Shown in pieces: positions 1-10,587 of a stretch of 64,000 nucleotides of DNA. The position numbers were made by a program, and so were the translations under genes. The notes under the pieces were generated by a model that saw only the letters and a program-made list of their open reading frames with translations, was not told where the DNA came from and searched no databases. This DNA comes from an uncultured delta proteobacterium (GTDB lineage Bacteria > Desulfobacterota > Syntrophia > Syntrophales > Smithellaceae), in assembly GCA_963705555.1 (NCBI GenBank), contig CAVPJZ010000002.1:762292-826291 (forward strand), given 5' to 3'. Positions within the stretch are counted from its first letter, which is position 1. Every line of letters starts with the position of its first letter.

Positions 1-36
1 GATTATTTACTAGACAAAAAAAGGCAATTAAATATC

Positions 37-1173
37 GTGATGTTGACAGATAATCAAATTTACAGACGACTCCAGATTCAATTAGACAAGTATCCTATTG
101 GATATCCCGCAACAAAAAGCGGTGTTGAAATTGATATCTTGAAATATTTTTTCACCCCGCTTCAGGCAAAGATAGCGCTCTGCCTTACGCTTAGATCAAT
201 CCCCGTTGTTAAAATCCGCAAAAGGCTCAAAGATAAATTCAATATCGAATTATCCCAAGATGATCTGTTTTCGATGCTTGATGAAATGTTTATGAAAGGT
301 GTCATCAGCCGTTCGGGAAGCGCCGGGCCACCTCGATACAGCATTGCCATGCTGGCGATTGGTATGTTTGAATATCACGTGGATGATCTCACCAGGGAAC
401 TGATGGAAATGATCCACAAATATTTTGACGAAGCATTCGGCTCTGAATTCTTCCGGTCATCTCTACCCCAGTTACGGACAAGCCCACATATGAAGGCGAT
501 TGTTCCGGAATATATTGTTGATACGTATGACAATATGCGGCACTTCATCACCAACACCAAAGAAACCATCCATGTGGCCAATTGCGTCTGCAAGCAGGGT
601 GAAGGAATTATGGGAAAACCTTGCAAGCAAACGGATAATATTGAAATCTGTCTGCTGATCGGCTCAAGCAACCATGCGGCGCGCAACAGAGCCAGGCAAA
701 TATCCAAAGAGGAATGCCTGAAGATATTAGAGATGGCTGAAGAAAAAGGGATGGTCCTTCAGCCCGGAAATTCGCGAAAACCCAACTGTATCTGTATCTG
801 CTGCGGTTGCTGCTGCGGGGTTTTAACAACCGCCAAAAAACAATCCCAGCCAGCCCGATTTTTTGTTTCCAATTATTTTGCCCGTATTGATGCGGATTTA
901 TGCAAAGGATGCGGAATCTGCCTGCAACGCTGTCAGATGGATGCGATTATTCAGGAGGACAAAGACTTCCGGGTGGATCTTGACCGGTGCATCGGGTGCG
1001 GCCTTTGCGTAACAAAGTGTAAACTGGAAGCCGTCAAACTAATCAAAAAAGATAAGGTTACTGTGCCGCCGAGGAACACCGAGATTTTATATTTGAGTAT
1101 CCTGATGGAAAGAGCCGGCAGAAAAAAAATGATCGTCAATATGCTCCGGCTGCTTTTGGGGAAACCTTTATAA
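37..1173 (+). CDS. 4Fe-4S dicluster domain protein with N-terminal winged-helix-like region
   Basis: Two C-terminal CxxCxxCxxxC motifs (CKGCGICLQRC, CIGCGLCVTKC) and a Cys-rich CICICCGCCC segment. Confidence 0.8.
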   Translation: MMLTDNQIYRRLQIQLDKYPIGYPATKSGVEIDILKYFFTPLQAKIALCLTLRSIPVVKIRKRLKDKFNIELSQDDLFSMLDEMFMKGVISRSGSAGPPRYSIAMLAIGMFEYHVDDLTRELMEMIHKYFDEAFGSEFFRSSLPQLRTSPHMKAIVPEYIVDTYDNMRHFITNTKETIHVANCVCKQGEGIMGKPCKQTDNIEICLLIGSSNHAARNRARQISKEECLKILEMAEEKGMVLQPGNSRKPNCICICCGCCCGVLTTAKKQSQPARFFVSNYFARIDADLCKGCGICLQRCQMDAIIQEDKDFRVDLDRCIGCGLCVTKCKLEAVKLIKKDKVTVPPRNTEILYLSILMERAGRKKMIVNMLRLLLGKPL

Positions 1174-1249
1174 TTCCTTTCGCTTATAGATATTGACATT
1201 TTCCTTAATAACCTCTAAATTAAAACAAAAATATAAGGAAAAAGCTGTT

Positions 1250-1498
1250 ATGCCGATTTATGAATATCAATGCGATAAATGCCGAAAACAATTCGAAGTT
1301 GTTACCATGAGCATGAGTGAAAAAGCTAATGCCGTATGTCCGAAATGCAAGTCCAGAAAGACCAGCAAAACGATGTCCAAAGTCGGGCGCGGGAAATATG
1401 CCTCATTGGGTTCGGGTAGTTCCAGCCACGCCAGTTCCTCCAGCAGTTCCGGCTGCTCATCGTGCTCCTCATCGAATTGCTCGTCCTGCGGGCATTAA
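1250..1498 (+). CDS. FmdB-family zinc-ribbon protein
   Basis: MPIYEYQCDKC...CPKC, with a Ser/Cys-rich tail; AAGGA ribosome-binding site upstream of ATG 1250. Confidence 0.85.
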   Translation: MPIYEYQCDKCRKQFEVVTMSMSEKANAVCPKCKSRKTSKTMSKVGRGKYASLGSGSSSHASSSSSSGCSSCSSSNCSSCGH

Positions 1499-1580
1499 GT
1501 TCATTCTCACGCTATATATATTACTAAAAAAAATAAGATCAATATGCAGGGGAGTTCAAAATGATCAATGGGGAAATTGC

Positions 1581-1642
1581 GGGTATGAACCCCAAAGCAA
1601 GCTGGGATATTATACCTCTGCTTAGACGGGATCAATTCAACT
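1581..1642. repeat. Dispersed repeat family B, copy 1 (short form)
   Basis: Shares blocks TATGAACCCCA..GCAAGC, GGG.TATTATACC and CGGGAT..TTC.ACT with 42095-42182. Confidence 0.6.
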
Positions 1643-1707
1643 AAGAGATATTCCTGCGCTTCACTTGTAATGTCTGAGTTTCATTTAAAACCAATAAGGA
1701 GGTCGTT

Positions 1708-2514
1708 ATGAAAAGAATATTTATCGTATTGGCCGCAACAGCACTGGCATTAGCCATTTGCCTTCCTGCTTTTGCCGTAACCAAAATTCAAGGCAAGGCT
1801 GTCACATACAAAGCCGGAGACATGGTTATGAAAGGGTACCTGGCTTTTGACAAGAATATCAAAGGCGAAAGACCCGGTGTGCTTATTGTTCATGAATGGT
1901 GGGGACATAATGAATATGTCCGTAAACGTGCCAGAATGTTAGCCGAAATGGGCTATACGGCGCTTGCCCTCGATATGTATGGACATGGTAAGCAGGCCGC
2001 TCACCCGGAAGATGCCGGGAAGTTTGCCTCCGCAGTTATGAAAAATGCTGTTATAGGGGAGGGCAGATTTATGGCGGCTCTGAAATTCCTGAAAAAGCAA
2101 AAAAACGTTGACCCTGAAAGGATAGCCGCCATTGGTTATTGCTTCGGAGGAGGAGTTGTACTGCATATGGCGCGGCAGGGCGTTGATCTCAAAGGGGTGG
2201 CGAGCTTTCATGGAAGCCTTGCTACGGAAAAGCCTGCCAAGCCCGGTGTAATTAAGGCAAAGATTCTAGTTCTTAATGGTGATGCAGATGAGTTCACGAC
2301 ACCTGAACAAATCAAATCGTTTAAGCAGGAAATGAAAAACGCGGGTGCTGATTTTCAGTTTATTTCTTATCCGGAAGCAATGCATAGTTTTACCAATCCT
2401 GATGCCGATATGTATGCAAAAAAATTTAATATGCCGGTAGGGTATAATGCTAATGCGGATAAAAAATCATGGGCTGAACTGGATAAATTTCTTACCAACA
2501 TATTTAAAAAATAA
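1708..2514 (+). CDS. Dienelactone hydrolase family protein, secreted
   Basis: Signal peptide; HEWWG, GYCFGG nucleophile motif and HSFTNP. Confidence 0.9.
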   Translation: MKRIFIVLAATALALAICLPAFAVTKIQGKAVTYKAGDMVMKGYLAFDKNIKGERPGVLIVHEWWGHNEYVRKRARMLAEMGYTALALDMYGHGKQAAHPEDAGKFASAVMKNAVIGEGRFMAALKFLKKQKNVDPERIAAIGYCFGGGVVLHMARQGVDLKGVASFHGSLATEKPAKPGVIKAKILVLNGDADEFTTPEQIKSFKQEMKNAGADFQFISYPEAMHSFTNPDADMYAKKFNMPVGYNANADKKSWAELDKFLTNIFKK

Positions 2515-2585
2515 CCAAGCTTTATCTGCCAGGCTGTTGGCTGGAGTTTACCCGTAAAAAAGCCTTAAATATATTGGAGGGTATT

Positions 2586-3248
2586 ATGTTGAAAAAAGTA
2601 TTTCTGAGTGTCGCTATTATGTTGTGTTTCGTTTCTTCTTCAATTGCCGCAGAACTTAGCCCGATTAAACTTCTTCCACCCGATATGAAAGGCGGTAAAT
2701 CTCTGATGCAATCGTTGCAGGAGCGAAAAACGTCCCGGTCATTCAGTACTAAAAAACTACCGATAAAAGTGCTTTCTAATCTGATGTGGGCGGCCTGTGG
2801 CATCAACCGGCCGGACAGCGGCAAACGAACAGTACCGTCCGCCAGTAACCGGCAGGAAATCGACGTTTATGTCGCTATGGAAGAAGGCCTTTATCTCTAT
2901 AACGTCCAAGCTCATGTGCTCGAGCCTGTATTGAAAAACGATCTGCGCAAGAACACGACCACGTTCCCTCAACCATCAAGAAGCTCGGTAGAAGGCGCGC
3001 CGCTGCAATTGATCTATGTGGCGGACTATTCGAGGATGAGTGTTTACACGAACGATGAGGAGAAAAAATTCTATTCGGCTGCGGATACCGGTTTTATTGC
3101 CCAGAACGTTTATTTGTATTGCTCTTCCGAAGGGCTGGCCGCATTGGTTCGCGGATTGGTCGATAGGGACGCCCTTTCCAAGGACATGAAGCTTCGCGAC
3201 AGACAGAAAATTATTCTGGTTCAGGCGGTGGGCTATCCATTGGAATGA
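2586..3248 (+). CDS. SagB/nitroreductase-family protein
   Basis: RKTSRSF, RTVPSA and ADTGFIAQNVYL motifs; signal peptide. Confidence 0.85.
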   Translation: MLKKVFLSVAIMLCFVSSSIAAELSPIKLLPPDMKGGKSLMQSLQERKTSRSFSTKKLPIKVLSNLMWAACGINRPDSGKRTVPSASNRQEIDVYVAMEEGLYLYNVQAHVLEPVLKNDLRKNTTTFPQPSRSSVEGAPLQLIYVADYSRMSVYTNDEEKKFYSAADTGFIAQNVYLYCSSEGLAALVRGLVDRDALSKDMKLRDRQKIILVQAVGYPLE

Positions 3249-3341
3249 CAAACTGTAATTCCGCGGACAATATACTTAATTAAGTAAGCGAAGGGGTTGG
3301 GTCTGCCTTTGACCTTTTTTGGGTAGTCGATTTTTATTTTA

Positions 3342-4397
3342 TCAGCTCTGCGCCGGGAAAATTTTCGTCTTAAACTTCAAAGCTACGTTAACTAAAATAA
3401 TAAGCACCGGCACTTCAATGAGCGGGCCGATAACGGTGGCAAACGCCTGACCGGAACCAATACCCCAGATGGCAATAGCTACAGCAATAGCCAATTCAAA
3501 ATCGTTACTTCCGGCAGTGAAGGATACAGCGCATGTTTGGGCGTAATTGCCGGTTATTTTTCTGATAATAAAAAAAGTTACAAACCACATGATAACGAAA
3601 TAGATGGTCAGCGGAATTGCCACAATGAACACGTCCAGAGGAGACTCAATAATTTTATTGCCCTGTGTGGAAAACATTACGACAATGGTAAAGAGTAAAG
3701 CGACAAGCGTCAGCGGTGAGAGCTTGGGCATAAAAACATTGTTAAACCATTCTTCGCCCTTCCAATAGATAATCGAATAGCGGGTAATCAGCCCCGCGAG
3801 AAATGGAATACCGAGATAGATAAAAACCGTCTTTGCCGATTCCGCCATGGAGACGTTGATATTGACGGACTGAGCGAGTCCCAGCCAGTTGAGCATCACG
3901 GTGATAAAGAAATAAATATAGAAGGCATAAAAAAGAACCTGTGCGATGGCGTTAAAGGCCACAAGCCCTACGGCCAGTTCCCTGTCTCCGCAAGCGAGTT
4001 CATTCCAGACGATGACCATCGCAATGCACCGCGCCAAACCAACCAGTATAACGCCGATCATGTATTCAGGATAGTTGTGCAGGAAAATTACCGCCAGCAC
4101 AAACATGACCAGCGGGCCGATTACCCAGTTTTGCAGAAGTGATATTGTCAGAAGCTTCTTGTTTTTGAATACTTTCCCCATCTCTTCATACTTGACCCGT
4201 GCCAGGGGCGGATACATCATCAGAATAAGGCCGATAGCAATGGGAATTGAGGTCGTGCCGACTTGCAGGCCGGTAATAAAATTAGACGCCGCGGGAAGAA
4301 AATAACCCAGCGCGATACCAATACCTATTGCTATAAAAATCCAAAGAGTTAAAAAGCGATCCAGAAACGATAGTTTACTTGCAACTTGTTGTGTCAT
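3342..4397 (-). CDS. acr3: ACR3-family arsenite efflux transporter
   Basis: [37 protein letters not shown] and GPLIEVP motifs; about 10 TM helices. Confidence 0.95.
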   Translation of the reverse strand: MTQQVASKLSFLDRFLTLWIFIAIGIGIALGYFLPAASNFITGLQVGTTSIPIAIGLILMMYPPLARVKYEEMGKVFKNKKLLTISLLQNWVIGPLVMFVLAVIFLHNYPEYMIGVILVGLARCIAMVIVWNELACGDRELAVGLVAFNAIAQVLFYAFYIYFFITVMLNWLGLAQSVNINVSMAESAKTVFIYLGIPFLAGLITRYSIIYWKGEEWFNNVFMPKLSPLTLVALLFTIVVMFSTQGNKIIESPLDVFIVAIPLTIYFVIMWFVTFFIIRKITGNYAQTCAVSFTAGSNDFELAIAVAIAIWGIGSGQAFATVIGPLIEVPVLIILVNVALKFKTKIFPAQS

Positions 4398-4407
4398 AAA
4401 TTCCCCC

Positions 4408-4833
4408 TCAATTAATTATTTTTTTTGCCTGAAAAAAGGCAGTCAGTTTTTCTTTAATCTCATCGCGCACGCGGCGGAATTCTCGCAAGACTTCTTCTTT
4501 TGTCCCTTTGGTTTTGGTCGGGTCGTCAAAACCGATATGAGTTTTCTTTATGCCGCCGATATACAGCGGGCAGGTTTCATTAGCGTTGCCGCACAGTGTG
4601 ATGACATAATCAAAACTTTGTCCATCGAATGCCGTTAGATTTTTAGATTGATGCCGGGAAATATCAATGCCGATTTCTTTCATCACTTCGATGGCGGCGG
4701 GGTTGACACAAGTTGCTTCAGTACCTGCAGAATATGCCGCAATCTTATCTCCCAGAAAATGATTGATAAGACCTTCCGCCATTTGCGAGCGGCTGGAATT
4801 AGCTGTGCATAAAAACAGGACTCTTTTTTTCAT
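4408..4833 (-). CDS. arsC: Thioredoxin-coupled arsenate reductase (LMW-PTP fold)
   Basis: [14 protein letters not shown]-loop, ITLC..A..TCP redox cysteines, FDDP; adjacent to acr3. Confidence 0.9.
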   Translation of the reverse strand: MKKRVLFLCTANSSRSQMAEGLINHFLGDKIAAYSAGTEATCVNPAAIEVMKEIGIDISRHQSKNLTAFDGQSFDYVITLCGNANETCPLYIGGIKKTHIGFDDPTKTKGTKEEVLREFRRVRDEIKEKLTAFFQAKKIIN

Positions 4834-4887
4834 AAATAACCTTTTGCTATTTTTTAATCAACTTTATGTTCCAAACATGTAGGCTAA

Positions 4888-4950
4888 TCAACCCATGATC
4901 CAGCCATAGTCCATACCGGAGATCGTTGATAAGATCACAACGATCGTACA
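4888..4950 (-). pseudogene. C-terminal remnant of a DUF318/ArsP-type permease
   Basis: Intergenic minus strand reads CTIVVILSTISGMDYGWIMG*, resembling the last TM helix of these permeases; no start codon. Confidence 0.45.
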
Positions 4951-4952
4951 GT

Positions 4953-5405
4953 TTATTTTTTTATCTCATTGATAAAATCTTTGGCTCTGTCACCCCGCAG
5001 ATATTCGGCCAGCCCAAGAAGTCCCTCAGTAAGGTATTTTGATTGGTAGCCCTTCAATGTCAGAAATGTTCGGGCAATCTCGGCCCGGTCATAGTGCGGA
5101 CAAACCGTGACGATTATCTTCGATTTGTCTAACTCTTTGAGCCTGTCCGGAAGTTCATTGATCGGAATGTGTTTCATGAAACCGAAACTATAGATCTGAT
5201 GCTCCTCCCGAAAACGAATATCGATGATCTGCACCCGTCCCTGTTTGTAAAGTTGTAGCATTTCAGGAATGCCGATTTTCATATTTGAGCGTTCCTGATA
5301 GTCAAAGGATTTTAGATAATTATCAAAAGTAACACTTTCCCCTGCGTGAACTGGAATAGTCATCAAAAATGTAAGCAGCAATGTCCAAATTATTTTTTTA
5401 GCCAT
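4953..5405 (-). CDS. Rhodanese-like domain protein, secreted
   Basis: IIDIR, HIPINELPDRL, CPHYDR active-site loop, YLTEGL. Confidence 0.85.
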   Translation of the reverse strand: MAKKIIWTLLLTFLMTIPVHAGESVTFDNYLKSFDYQERSNMKIGIPEMLQLYKQGRVQIIDIRFREEHQIYSFGFMKHIPINELPDRLKELDKSKIIVTVCPHYDRAEIARTFLTLKGYQSKYLTEGLLGLAEYLRGDRAKDFINEIKK

Positions 5406-5461
5406 TATTCTTTCCTCTTGGCACAATCAATTCCTGTGCGACTGCGTTGCCCTAAAAATAT

Positions 5462-5923
5462 TTAACAACAACTGTTGTTACCTACACATTTATTTATAGC
5501 ACAGATAAACATCTTGACGGATTCCAACACATCATCTTTGTTCTTCCCCGGGATATTCCGGTTAACTTCCTGGAAAAAACCCATCAGGTGCAACCAGACC
5601 TTTTGATGTATCCTTAATCCTTCCTTAGTCAAAACAAGTTTTACCGCGCGGGAATCCTGCTGGGCTTTGTCACGCCGCAATAGCCCTTTTTGAATCAAAG
5701 GATTTACCAGGCGTGTTGTTGTACTTTTTTTAACCGAGAGGAGTTGATGCAGGTCGGCCATATTAAGCTCTTTCTTTTTGGCTACAGCATCGAGAATCAT
5801 AAACTGGCGAAAAGTAACGCCTTCCGCAAAAAACGCATCTTGACTGCAACAACGTGTCACTTGGGAAATACCAACAAATAATCCCATTAACTTACTAAAT
5901 TTATCATTTATCCCTATAATCAT
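5462..5923 (-). CDS. MarR-family transcriptional regulator
   Basis: KSTTTRLVNPL..KGLL.R....DSR...LVLT..G winged helix; CC pairs near both termini. Confidence 0.9.
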   Translation of the reverse strand: MIIGINDKFSKLMGLFVGISQVTRCCSQDAFFAEGVTFRQFMILDAVAKKKELNMADLHQLLSVKKSTTTRLVNPLIQKGLLRRDKAQQDSRAVKLVLTKEGLRIHQKVWLHLMGFFQEVNRNIPGKNKDDVLESVKMFICAINKCVGNNSCC

Positions 5924-5939
5924 AGATGAGCTCCGGCAG

Positions 5940-6980
5940 TTATTGCTTCCCGATTCCCAGATGTAGTTTCAATTCTAGCAGTCCGTCCCATATCTCATCA
6001 TCACCAATATATTTTTTTGCATCCGTCGGGGAATATTTGATGACGCAGGTGGGCGTTGAATCTACTTTGTTTTGCTTGGTCACGCCGCTCATCATCGAAA
6101 AAACCGGTTTTTCATCAAACTCTTTCCATATAATTTTTTCTTCTTTAAGATAACCGATCAGCGCTTCTTTAGTTTCAATGCGCTTTTCCTGCGCTGCTTT
6201 GAAAAGAGTTTTGCGTACACGGAAAATTTCTTCATCATTGGCTCCGGCATTGACCGCATAAAGGTAGTGACGGGCATAGATCGGTGTGGCGCGGGAAAAC
6301 GGCACATCGACAAAGGTAATCTTCACTTTTCCCGATGCCAGCAGTTCCTTCATAACCTGTTCAGCCTTTGTGTCGATTCGCTTGCAGGGCGGACAGAAGT
6401 AATCGGCAAATAAAACCACTTCGTAAGAACCATTTCCCAAAGAGGGAACAATACGAACTGAGTCCTGTCCATAGGCTGGTGTTACGGAACCGGAAAAAGT
6501 CAACATAATGGCCAAATAACCCAACACGCTGACGAGCAACAACGGCAACCTTTTAATTTTTAACATCGGCAAATTTACCTCCCCTAAAAAGTGGAGCCAC
6601 ATCCGGCGGCGGTTTTCATACCAGGCGGATGGAAGCTCATAATTCACAACAAATGACGCAATTAACATCATCGAAAAGGCCAGGCAAAAGGGACAATAAA
6701 CATCGTTTTGCACCTGAAAGGCATATAAGTGGACCTCCACACCCAGCCCCGCGGCCAGAAGCGCCCGCACAAATGTCGTTTGCCGGAAGGCGGCAAATAG
6801 GATGACAGCCGCCATATACGCGATGCCGACCCATTTGAGGTCAATGCCGAATATATCGCCCTTGAGATAGCTGCATGCCGTATCGCAAGCCGCATAAAAT
6901 ATCATCAGGCCGATACCAGCTAGGGCAAGAACAATGGTTATCGCGTTTCTGTATTTTTTAATGCTTTCAGTTACCTTCAT
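5940..6980 (-). CDS. VKOR-like membrane domain fused to DsbA/thioredoxin-fold domain
   Basis: N-terminal TM domain with CDTAC and YCPFC; C-terminal FADYFCPPC...STPT. Confidence 0.7.
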   Translation of the reverse strand: MKVTESIKKYRNAITIVLALAGIGLMIFYAACDTACSYLKGDIFGIDLKWVGIAYMAAVILFAAFRQTTFVRALLAAGLGVEVHLYAFQVQNDVYCPFCLAFSMMLIASFVVNYELPSAWYENRRRMWLHFLGEVNLPMLKIKRLPLLLVSVLGYLAIMLTFSGSVTPAYGQDSVRIVPSLGNGSYEVVLFADYFCPPCKRIDTKAEQVMKELLASGKVKITFVDVPFSRATPIYARHYLYAVNAGANDEEIFRVRKTLFKAAQEKRIETKEALIGYLKEEKIIWKEFDEKPVFSMMSGVTKQNKVDSTPTCVIKYSPTDAKKYIGDDEIWDGLLELKLHLGIGKQ

Positions 6981-7029
6981 TATTAATTACATTCAACTAT
7001 CGCAACGCAAAATTGCCGTTACCCATAAA

Positions 7030-7739
7030 TCACCTGATATTCATCACAATTAAGTAAACACCACCAAATATGACGCCAATGCCGCAAACTTTTTTCAAAA
7101 TAATCGCGCCTTTTGATTTTTCAGTCCAATGGAGATAGTGCTGAACGATTTCCGTGAATGTACCGGCAAAAACAAGAACCGCGCAGTGCCCGATACCGTA
7201 GGCCAGAAGCAGGGAAACGGCAAAAACAATTTTTGTCGAGGCAATGTTGAAAACAACGCCCAGCATGGTGGCCATATAAGCGAAGGTGCAAGGACCCAGC
7301 GCGATGCCGAATAAGAAGCCCAAGAATGAAAGCCGCGAAAACTCCTTTTCTTTTATAATTCGGATTGGCGCCGCCTTCCATAAAAGGAAGCGGCAGAATC
7401 CCCAGCAAATTGAGACCAACAGCAAAGAAAATAACCGCCACAAAGTAGTTGCCATAGCCGCCGATATCGCCGATCATTCTTCCCACAGTCCGGTAATGAG
7501 TCCGATGATACCAATCGTGATCAGAATGCCGAATCCGAAAAGAGATGAAAGGCACAAATGCCCGCGACGTGCTGATATTTCCCTGGCCGTCAATGAAGCC
7601 GACAATTAATGGTATGCAGGCAATATGGCAGGGCGACAGAGCGACGGAAAGCACACCCCAGACAAAAGCGGCAGTCAGGGCAATTTCGAGGTGATTGTGA
7701 AAGCGCTGTGGATAGCCAGGTAAACAGGTCAACGATCAT
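7030..7739 (-). CDS. ccdA: Cytochrome c biogenesis CcdA / DsbD-TM family protein (frameshifted in this assembly)
   Basis: LSPCHIA and LGPCTFA motifs lie in different frames; ATG 7739 directly follows the upstream TAA. Confidence 0.8.
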
Positions 7740-8136
7740 TTACTTGACTCCTTGCATTTTGATTACTCTGACGACATCATCCTTCGGGAAAGTATCCTTC
7801 ATGGCGGTAGTATTCCTTGCCGTTTTTATCCAGAAATACCTGCGTGGGAATTACCCGGATATTGTATTTCGCCGCGTCCATTTTTCCTTTAGGTGTCCAC
7901 ACATCATGAAAAACAATCTTAACCTGACCTTTATATTCCTCTTCTACGGCTTTCATGATTGGTTGCATGGCTTTGCAGGGAATACAGTTGACTGAGCCGA
8001 TTTCCACAAAAGTTACTTTAACTCCATCGGATGATGTTTGAGCGAGGGCATTCCGGCAATCGGCTGAAAGCAAAATGAAAGAAAAAATTGTTAGAGCGGT
8101 AACCGTTACAAAAAATAATTTTGAACGCAGTTTCAT
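7740..8136 (-). CDS. Exported thioredoxin family protein (one frameshift near 3' end)
   Basis: CIPC active site, VIPTQVF; removing one base in TTTCCC gives ...FPKDDVVRVIKMQGVK* ending at 7740. Confidence 0.85.
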
Positions 8137-8210
8137 TCAATATTCTCCTTAAGATTTAATTTAGCAGTCCGTACGTTACCCAGGGAGCGCTACAAGAGGG
8201 ACCTTGTTTT

Positions 8211-8627
8211 TTAGCATTTGCCGCCGCAAGAGCATCCGCCGGAGCCTGGTTGCAATGGAATAGCTGACATGCCCTTTGCGCTTTTAATTTTCGCCAACAC
8301 TTCGTCAATAATTTTTTCCGTAACAGGCGTTTCTCCTTTGACCAGACCGAAACCGGTTAATATGTATGAGGTCGGTTTAACGCCTATACGCTCCAGCGTC
8401 TTTTTCGCGCAGGCTGTTTTGCAGCCATCAATGGTAATATTCATATCCGCGCCTTTGGCTGATTGCACATAGCCGGACAACCCAGCGCCGATACCGGCAA
8501 GGCAACTCATCGCGGCGGCACCTTCGTCGCGCAGCCTTCTGGCAACGCGATCGGCAATTTCTCCAACATCCGACGCACCGGAACACGCATAAATTAAATT
8601 TGTTTCTGTTGCACAACATTCAGCCAT
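8211..8627 (-). CDS. DGC-domain putative zinc-binding protein
   Basis: YACSGASDVG, CLAGIG and IDGC..ACA motifs. Confidence 0.85.
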   Translation of the reverse strand: MAECCATETNLIYACSGASDVGEIADRVARRLRDEGAAAMSCLAGIGAGLSGYVQSAKGADMNITIDGCKTACAKKTLERIGVKPTSYILTGFGLVKGETPVTEKIIDEVLAKIKSAKGMSAIPLQPGSGGCSCGGKC

Positions 8628-8656
8628 AATGGTTCTCCTTTTTCTTTGATCAAATT

Positions 8657-9708
8657 TTAATAGATTAGATTAAACAGAAATCCAACAATCATAATTCCCG
8701 TAGCAACGACACTGATAAAAATTATAATCAGCGGCAGCTTGATAATTTTTTTCAAAATGATCATTTCGGGAAGCGATAGCCCGATCACCGACATCATAAA
8801 GGCCAGCGCGGTGCCCAGCGCCGCGCCCTTTTCGAGCAGCGCCTGAAGAATCGGAATGATGCCCGCCGCGTTGGAATAAAGCGGAACGCCGATAAGCACC
8901 GCCAGAGGAACCGACCACCACGCGTCCTTACCCATAATTGAGGCCATAAAGTTTTCCGGCACATAGCCGTGAACGGCAGCGCCTACAGCAATGCCTGCCA
9001 CAATATAAATCCAGACCTTGGAAACTATATCGACAACAGCCGTATAGCCCGCCTGGATTCTATCGTTAAAAGTAATCTTTTCTTTCTTCCATCTGAAAAT
9101 CACCGGCTTTTATTTCATAAACCCATTCTTCGACGAAGCGCTCTACTTTAAGCCTGCCGATCACCCAGCCGGAAATTATGGCGATAAGCAAACCGGTGGA
9201 AGCATAGAGCAGAGCGGTCTTCCAGCCGAAAAGGCCGAAGAGCAAAACCAGCGCGACTTCATTAATCATCGGCGCGGCAACAAGAAAAGAAAAGGTAACG
9301 CCCAGCGGAATACCGCTTTCCACAAAACCGATAAAAAGAGGAATGGCCGAACAGGTGCAAAAGGGCGTTACGATACCCAAGAGTGCGGCCATGACATTAC
9401 CGATAAACAAGCGGTTTTCCTTCCAGCGCTTTTCTTGTTTTTTCCGGTGAAAAATAAGAGCGGATAATCCCCACAACAAAAACAATAACGGTCAGAAGGA
9501 TAAACACCTTGGGGGTGTCATAGAGAAAAAACCTGATTGCTTCGGTCAGATGAGCTGATTTATCCAGTTGAAATATTCTATAGACAAAAAAATCAACTCC
9601 CTGCTCTAAAAAAATATAGATCAGAATCGCAAATGGAATCAGTAAAAAAGGAATATAATAATTTATTTTTTTCTTGTTGCCATTATCTGTAGTGCAGCAC
9701 TCAGCCAT
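8657..9708 (-). CDS. DUF318/ArsP-type permease (two frameshifts in this assembly)
   Basis: TPFCTCSAIP, APMINE, GVPLYSN and LSLPEM motifs spread over three overlapping frames. Confidence 0.85.
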
Positions 9709-9738
9709 TTTGATTACTCCTATATTCAGTTATTAGAT

Positions 9739-9975
9739 CTACTTGCCGCCGATCATTTGTTTAATGTCTGCAAGAGATGGAAGTTTACCGGCGGCTTTAA
9801 CTTTTCCGTCAATCACCAGAGCGGGAGTTGTCATTACGCCGTAGGCCATAATTTGCTTTATGTCTTTGACATGATCTATCTGCGCGTCAATACCCGTCTC
9901 CTTGACGGCAAGACGAACCGTATCTTCAAGTTTGTTACAGGTTGCGCAACCCATACCCAATATTTCTATTTTCAT
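9739..9975 (-). CDS. Small redox-active disulfide protein (MTH895/TM0996 thioredoxin-like)
   Basis: MKIEILGMGCATC...YGVMTTPALVIDG. Confidence 0.9.
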   Translation of the reverse strand: MKIEILGMGCATCNKLEDTVRLAVKETGIDAQIDHVKDIKQIMAYGVMTTPALVIDGKVKAAGKLPSLADIKQMIGGK

Positions 9976-9999
9976 GAAATTGCCTCCTTTGAGGGAAAA

Positions 10000-10333
10000 T
10001 TATTTTTTACAGCATTTTAAAATCTCATTGTGCTGTTTGGCATTGGCCGACAAGTACATCTTCCACACAGCCCATAAATTCCATAATGCAAGGCACGCGC
10101 AGGCTGTAGAAAATGGAGTTGCCCCTTTTTTCATCGGCAACCAGCCCGGCATTTTTCAAAACGCTCAAGTGTTTGGAAACCGTCGAAGCATCTGCGCCGA
10201 TCATGTCGGTGAGTTCGTTAACACAGCGTTCTTTTTTGTTTAGCTCCTCAATGATAAAGAGTCTGCTAGGATGCGCCATAGCTTTAATGATTTTTGCCCG
10301 TGCTTCATGCTGGGTTTTTACTGATTTTTTCAT
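10000..10333 (-). CDS. arsR: ArsR/SmtB-family repressor (frameshift near 3' end; repaired C-terminus ...EILKCCKK*)
   Basis: KAMAHPSRL, ERCVNEL, STVSKHL..LKNAGLV; first gene of the ars cluster. Confidence 0.85.
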
Positions 10334-10351
10334 TTTTATTCTCCTTAATAT

Positions 10352-10388
10352 CTATTTGGTAATATAGCCAAATAGCCATGGATGTCAA
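10352..10388 (-). promoter_or_regulatory. Sigma-70 promoter of the ars operon with overlapping inverted-repeat operator
   Basis: Minus strand TTGACA (10388-10383), 16 nt, TATATT; inverted repeat CTATTTGG-N8-CCAAATAG at 10352-10375 straddles the -10 box. Confidence 0.6.
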
Positions 10389-10587
10389 TAATTATTTTTA
10401 TTAATAATGCGTTATCACTGCCTTTTGTCCATGAGTTTCAGATTGATTCAAAAATATATCAAATGGTTAGTGATGAAATAAAAGCGGCTTTTTACGTCAT
10501 AATACGGCTCGCCGTATTTCTTATTGTCGGCTGGGAGGAGATTAATAGATTTGTGTCTTAGAGATATTTTTAAATTTCTCTTCTTGC

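Noticed and set aside
1415..1495. Ser/Cys low-complexity tail as a RiPP precursor or repeat
   Set aside because: Typical of FmdB-family tails; the nearby SagB-like protein has a signal peptide and there is no YcaO or radical SAM maturase.
3255..3325. Possible insertion-sequence end between the nitroreductase gene and acr3
   Set aside because: No second copy or transposase in the window to support it.
7777..7779. TGA ending the thioredoxin ORF as possible selenocysteine
   Set aside because: Not at a catalytic position; removing one base in TTTCCC restores a normal C-terminus abutting ccdA.
10025..10027. TGA ending ArsR as possible selenocysteine
   Set aside because: A single-base frameshift gives a more plausible ...LKCCKK* end; no convincing SECIS-like hairpin.
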